Source: an uncultured archaeon
GTDB lineage: Archaea; Thermoproteota; Nitrososphaeria; Nitrososphaerales; Gagatemarchaeaceae
Direction of reading: 5' to 3'
DNA: 64,000 nt
Assembly (NCBI GenBank): GCA_963817525.1
Contig: CAWFOU010000007.1
Coordinates: 640,001 to 704,000, forward strand
The position numbers and the translations under genes were made by a program. Positions within the stretch are counted from its first letter, which is position 1, and every line of letters begins with the position of its first letter. Positions 59,437-64,000 of this stretch are shown here, piece by piece. The notes under the pieces were generated by a model that ran no database searches, was not told the origin of the DNA, and saw only the letters and a list, made by a program, of their open reading frames with translations.

Positions 59437-60357
59437 GTGCCCCGATACAGACTGCAAAACGGCAAGGATAACGGCATTCAATCCACTCGATGCGTAAGAA
59501 GAGGACGGAGGACGCAGTGAGCTTTCCCCCGGGAGGTGCACCCACATGGGAGACGCCCTTCCGCTGCCGTCGGTTCTTCCCTCGTGGGTGCCTCGGCCAT
59601 ACCAAGCGAGGCAGGGCCTCCTCTTAACGCGGCCGAGAGCCGAAAGCGGGTGGAAGCGGGCCCGACGGTCCTCCTACCAGAACGAGTCCACGCCCGTGTT
59701 GATTCTTCGGTCATTTCCGTTAGGCTTGGACATGCTCAGATGAGACTGGCTTTGAGCATATAATTGTGCCAACGAGGTCTCTCGGGACGGGAACCCTTAG
59801 CACCCCATCTCAATCGGATTTTGCTAGGGTGTGAAGGAGAGAATTATTGCCCACGTCTCAAATAATTGCTTGCAGCCCTTCCGAGTTGAACCGAGCTGTT
59901 CTCACTTGGTCTAGAGTCAGGGGATTGTTTCCTCTGGTCCAAGCCGACATCTCCAAATCCAATGGTCCACAATGTGAATTTGAACTCAATTGCGTTTAAG
60001 AACCGGCGACCGCACTTAACTCTTCGCGTCCAAGACACCGACGGTGTCAAAGCGGGAAGTCGAATCTGCGACATACGCTATGGGCTCGCGTGGAGGGGGG
60101 AGGGAAAGGGGGAAGTATCGGGCTATTCCGAAAGAAACAAACCCGAAAAGGGATACACCCGTTGAAGGGGTATCTTTCCGCCTATGGTTTCGGTTGATCT
60201 TCTACAGAAGCGCGTTGCCGAGCTGAGCAATCTGGTCGCAGTCATTCACTGAAGCCCTGAAGAACGACGACTGCTTAGTAACATTCCCATGACTACAGCG
60301 GTGTATTTTAACCAAAGCGGTAACCTTTAATAGAAGAATCTTCTGCAAACGATTTTC

Positions 60358-61654
60358 ATGAAAGGCGGCCAGTCTCTTCGACATGCGTACGTCAGAAGCC
60401 CGTTGCTCTTTCTGCTGGTGATTTCTCCTGTTGCGATGCTCGCTACAGCTGGAGTCAGTGCTTCAGTCGCTGCATGTACAAATGCCACTGTCGACCGCGG
60501 CAGTTCTGGATACGAATGTACCTTTCACGCAACAGAGCGCCGTAAGTCTCACAGAGTCATCAACAGAATATTTGAGCGCAGTCAGTGGTTACAGCTCTAC
60601 ATTGCTCGGTATCGGCAACGAGTGGAATTTTGATTCCGCCACGTGCAGCGTTTCATTCGATAGCTTCGCCATGAACTATCTCCTGAAGGCTTCAAATGGA
60701 ACACAATTCGAACTCACGTTGGGGGTTAAACCACAGACCGATGATATATTCGGGGCCACAATGCGACCCGTGGTAAAGCATACTCTCCTCCCGATTAATC
60801 ACAGTTCTTCGAGCACGTATTCTACGACCTATTCTGGGTACGCCCTCGCAGCCAATGGCAATTATAACTCGGCAGTAAGCTACAGCACAGCTTATTGGTA
60901 TATCCCTCAAATTTCTGCTCCATCAGGAGGTTGTGGTTCTAGTATTTTTTCAAATCCTCCTAAATGCTGGCTCGACGTCTGGGTCGGATTGCAGAATAGC
61001 ACCTACGATGGGACTAACTACGTGCCGGCTCATGGAGAAGTATTTCAGACCGGAACGGAGGGAGATTGCTTCAGTTCATGCACTGGGAGCGGTGCCCCTG
61101 AATATTCAGGGTGGTCTGCATATCTTAATGCTGATTCGAGTGGGATTGTACAGAATCTTGTACAATCTTGCAACAGTGATTTTTCTGCCTCGGCCGGTGA
61201 TGAGATGTACGGAGTCGTAGGCACTGCGTACGAAATCAGTGGCGGATCTAGTAGCACCTTCGACACCGAGCTGAGAGACTTTAACAACGGCTCTATCTGC
61301 GACTTTTCGTATAATTCATCAACCTCTTGCGGACAGTCCGATTGTAAAATCGCAGGCACAGAATACTTCGCGGACTACTTTATCGAAACGCCTCAGGATG
61401 GGAGTGACAGCGGGACCCCATTCATGTTGCCGAAGTTTACCGAGATATCCGACGCTGGCGACCTGTTTTATGTAATGGGGATGCTATCCTCCTCTCAGGG
61501 TTCGTACCCCTATTACAATGACGGCTATTACTTGACGTCGGATATGGGCAACAGTGGAACGCATAACACGCATACTTCCGCGATGTCCGAAAACAGCGGG
61601 AGCACCTATGCTTATTTCAACGAAAAGTGGTTAAGCAGTGCAAACACCGGGTAG
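60358..61654 (+). CDS. Secreted G1 (eqolisin/A4) glutamic-peptidase-like protein, apparently frameshifted near 60480-60495
   Basis: YSGYA, W.IP, VWVGL, QTGT, AGD, FIETP in ORF 60431..61654; the signal peptide is in ORF 60358, a different frame. Confidence 0.6.
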
Positions 61655-61764
61655 TCGATTCCCTTAGGGAGTCATTGATATTCGCGCTCCGGCTTGGGAT
61701 GATCCTTGCTCGGATATTCCAAAAGACGTAATTTTAGTGGAGGCTCCCTTCTTAGTTAGGAGGA

Positions 61765-62394
61765 ATGAACGTGCGTTTTGCGAACGTTACAAGGAGCAAT
61801 CAGGGCGTTCTGGTTGGCGCCCTTGCGGGTCTCGTGATAATTGTTCTCTTGACCCTGCAAGTTGCAAACTCCGCCGGCGACCTTGGGATTAAGCCAAAGA
61901 CAGTCACTATCACACACGTCGAGACTCCGACCTCGTCTACCGAGCTGATTGTCGAATGGGTCAACGACAGCTTCTCTCAGCACATGCTCCTGCTCGGCTC
62001 GGGAAATGTTTCCGCGATCGTCTCGCAATACGCAGGAAACGCGAACGTCTCGTGGTTCGGAGAAGTGGGGCCATGCTTCGGCGGCACATACCCTCTTGCT
62101 GGCGACAACGGCAACTTTAGCCAACTCATGAACGCCTTCATCGTTAAGTACGCCCATACCTTGGTTATAGGGAAAGTCGCTCGGACGATAATGTCCCAGT
62201 CAAACGGATCAGTAGTCGTCGAATCCGCGTTCGGGTTTGCGACACGAGGTTCTTCCTACGGTATCAACAACGGCACAGTCTCCGCCCAAGACTTGTATAC
62301 ATACTCTGCGACGAATGGAGCTTGGTTGATTTCGCGAGAAGCCTGGGACTTTACTACATTCGATGTGATGTACCTCGGCTGCGTGGAGGGGTGA
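61765..62394 (+). CDS. Membrane-anchored protein, possibly SnoaL/NTF2-like
   Basis: TM helix; GNVSAIVSQY..NA.V.W.G and WLISREAWDF. Confidence 0.55.
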   Translation: MNVRFANVTRSNQGVLVGALAGLVIIVLLTLQVANSAGDLGIKPKTVTITHVETPTSSTELIVEWVNDSFSQHMLLLGSGNVSAIVSQYAGNANVSWFGEVGPCFGGTYPLAGDNGNFSQLMNAFIVKYAHTLVIGKVARTIMSQSNGSVVVESAFGFATRGSSYGINNGTVSAQDLYTYSATNGAWLISREAWDFTTFDVMYLGCVEG

Positions 62395-62735
62395 CATGAA
62401 ATCAAATACGACCCGAGTAACCGAAGAGGCTCTATTCAACGGCTTGCCAGCGCGGCGGTTCCACTAGCTCAGATTGTTCTAGGCACTATTCGAAGGCCGA
62501 AGGAGATTCGCTTAAGAAATTAATGGCATCCCTTCCGACCTTAACCCTTGACTCTCGATTATTCTCACAGACTTCCCACCCAAGGAACCCGGCAAAGTGT
62601 TTCGAACACGTAGCATAATAAGCACGCCACGCGTCTCCCTTCCGCGGCTCCAGGCTTCGTATATATCATCCGCTCGTCTTGGCGGCGACCTGAAATCGTT
62701 AATTAGCTCTCCCGGCCTGTTTTCCCCGGACGAAC

Positions 62736-63218
62736 TTGCTGGAAGACAACCCCGAGGAGCGGCAGAGGCAGCAACAGGAGCAGCCCCTCAGCTGGCAGCA
62801 GGCCCTCGCGAGCGACCCCGAGTACTACATGAACACAAAGAAGGGGCAGGAAGAGCTCGCGCAGATGATCCGGAAGGAGTCCGAGAGGCTCCTCGAGGAG
62901 ATTGGCAAGTCCGTAAAGCACCAGAAGGACATCATCTGGCTCTCAAAGTGGTGCATGTCCTGCAAGTCCTACAACGACCGCGGCGGCAAGTCCATGTGCA
63001 ACAGGTGGAACGCGCGGATCGTGAAGCCGTTCTATGGCAGGCCGATATGGGAGAAGATGGAGGTCAGGGGGAAAGACGAGAAGGAGCTGTTCGTCTCTGA
63101 CATCGACTGGGACAGGAAGTGGAGGGAGATCTCCGACAAGATAGTCGAGTGGGCGGTGGAGAAGGTGAACGGCGGCTACCCGTACTTCTGCTACTCCAAC
63201 CCGGACGAGAAGTCCTAG
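62736..63218 (+). CDS. Hypothetical protein (Cys-containing)
   Basis: Host-like codon usage, CMSC...C...C. Confidence 0.6.
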   Translation: MLEDNPEERQRQQQEQPLSWQQALASDPEYYMNTKKGQEELAQMIRKESERLLEEIGKSVKHQKDIIWLSKWCMSCKSYNDRGGKSMCNRWNARIVKPFYGRPIWEKMEVRGKDEKELFVSDIDWDRKWREISDKIVEWAVEKVNGGYPYFCYSNPDEKS

Positions 63219-63308
63219 TACTGCTACGTGATCCTTTCATTCCTCCAAGACGGAGAACTGAGGTCGCTGGTGGCGGAAGTGCAACCAAAAAGATGATTTT
63301 GAGACGAG

Positions 63309-63400
63309 GGCCCTGACCGGGATTTGAACCCGGGTCGGAAGGTGACTGCGGATTTCTCCTCCACAGCCTTCTATGCTAACCAGGCTGCACTATCAGGGCC
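63309..63400 (-). tRNA. tRNA-His(GTG) with a 17-nt canonical intron and encoded G-1
   Basis: GGCCCTGA...GAAGG-CTGTGG-[AGGAGAAATCCGCAGTC]-A-CCTTC...GGTTCAAATCCCGGTCAGGGCC. Confidence 0.9.
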
Positions 63401-63560
63401 ACTAGGTTGCGACGGGTCTTTCGGGCCATATTTAGCCTGTGGCGAAAAAAGACCTGCAAATTTCCTGGCCATTCAGAAATGGCGAGTCTGGAGCTGCGAA
63501 GAGTCTTGATGGTGCTGTTCGGACAAACCCTTAATCAATAGGGATGGATCAAATCCGTCC

Positions 63561-64000
63561 ATGAATCCAAGGAACCTGGCCTTGGGCGTCTTCGTCACAT
63601 TGACCATTGCCTTTGCCTCCTTGACCCTTGCAGAATACAACCAGATCAGCAAACTTAATTCGCTAATAGAAAGTCAAAGCAGAAGCACGTCGACGCAGAC
63701 TCTCACATTGACTGTCGTCTGTCCCTCGAACGCGACATGCGCGTCATTCAGCTACTCGCCAACCGGACAGCTCGTCGTCGAGTCGGTCGAAGCTCACATC
63801 AACGGGTCCCAAGTCAGCTTCTTCGTTACTGTCGAGAACTCAGGCGTATCCCCGGTTTACTTGGAAACCAGTACAGGAGGGATCTCCACGTCGCTCTCTT
63901 CGAACTCGACGGCATTGGAGCAGCAATCCAACGGCGAATTTTGCCCCGGGGGCACAGTAGGCTTCGTTGAGTTGGATCCAGGGCAAAATTTCACCTTTTC
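63561..64000 (+). CDS. Membrane-anchored/secreted protein (truncated by the window edge)
   Basis: MNPRNLALGVFVTLTIAFASL..., open to the end of the window. Confidence 0.6.
   Translation, partial: MNPRNLALGVFVTLTIAFASLTLAEYNQISKLNSLIESQSRSTSTQTLTLTVVCPSNATCASFSYSPTGQLVVESVEAHINGSQVSFFVTVENSGVSPVYLETSTGGISTSLSSNSTALEQQSNGEFCPGGTVGFVELDPGQNFTF

Larger units (their letters stand above)
48925..62635. mobile_element. ~13.7 kb integrative element
   Basis: 16-bp direct repeat AAGCACGCCACGCGTC at 48925-48940 and 62620-62635; integrase starts at 48953. Confidence 0.85.

Noticed and set aside
45827-63400. tRNA-Ala or tRNA-His as att sites for the integrases
   Set aside because: No duplicated tRNA 3' ends were seen; other direct repeats define the element ends.

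Overview
GC-rich archaeal chromosome segment, most likely a non-ammonia-oxidising Nitrososphaerota (Thaumarchaeota) lineage. This is inferred from gene content, gene order and protein style, not from a search. The backbone is core information-processing genes: topA, cofE, gcvT/H, aglB, nop10-aIF2a-S27e-L44e, PCNA-priS-GINS, tfs-rpoL-csl4-dph2-L10e, RNA methyltransferases, rsmA, DUF655-rpoF-L21e-pus10-SRP54, dph6, aIF5A, nob1, nadE, pncB, tRNA-Ala and an intron-containing tRNA-His. Four accessory insertions interrupt it. (1) A stand-alone TnpB (IS200/IS605 type) at the GINS/tfs junction. (2) A ~10 kb island (about 18.2-28.3 kb) of surface-protein genes around the most striking locus: a ~930-985 aa protein with a complete Cas1 integrase fold at its C-terminus, fused behind wHTH and Zn-binding modules. 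It is transcribed divergently from a Vsr/DUF559-like nuclease and an HTH plus double-LAGLIDADG-like protein, with no CRISPR array, cas2 or PolB visible. (3) A ~6.8 kb integrative element (tyrosine integrase, D5/P4-type helicase, two RHH proteins) inserted into the DUF655/rsmA overlap, apparently repairing both genes. (4) A ~13.7 kb integrative element with a nested second integrase unit, inserted into a candidate unannotated structured RNA. All protein calls come from motifs recognised by eye and need profile or structure searches to confirm.
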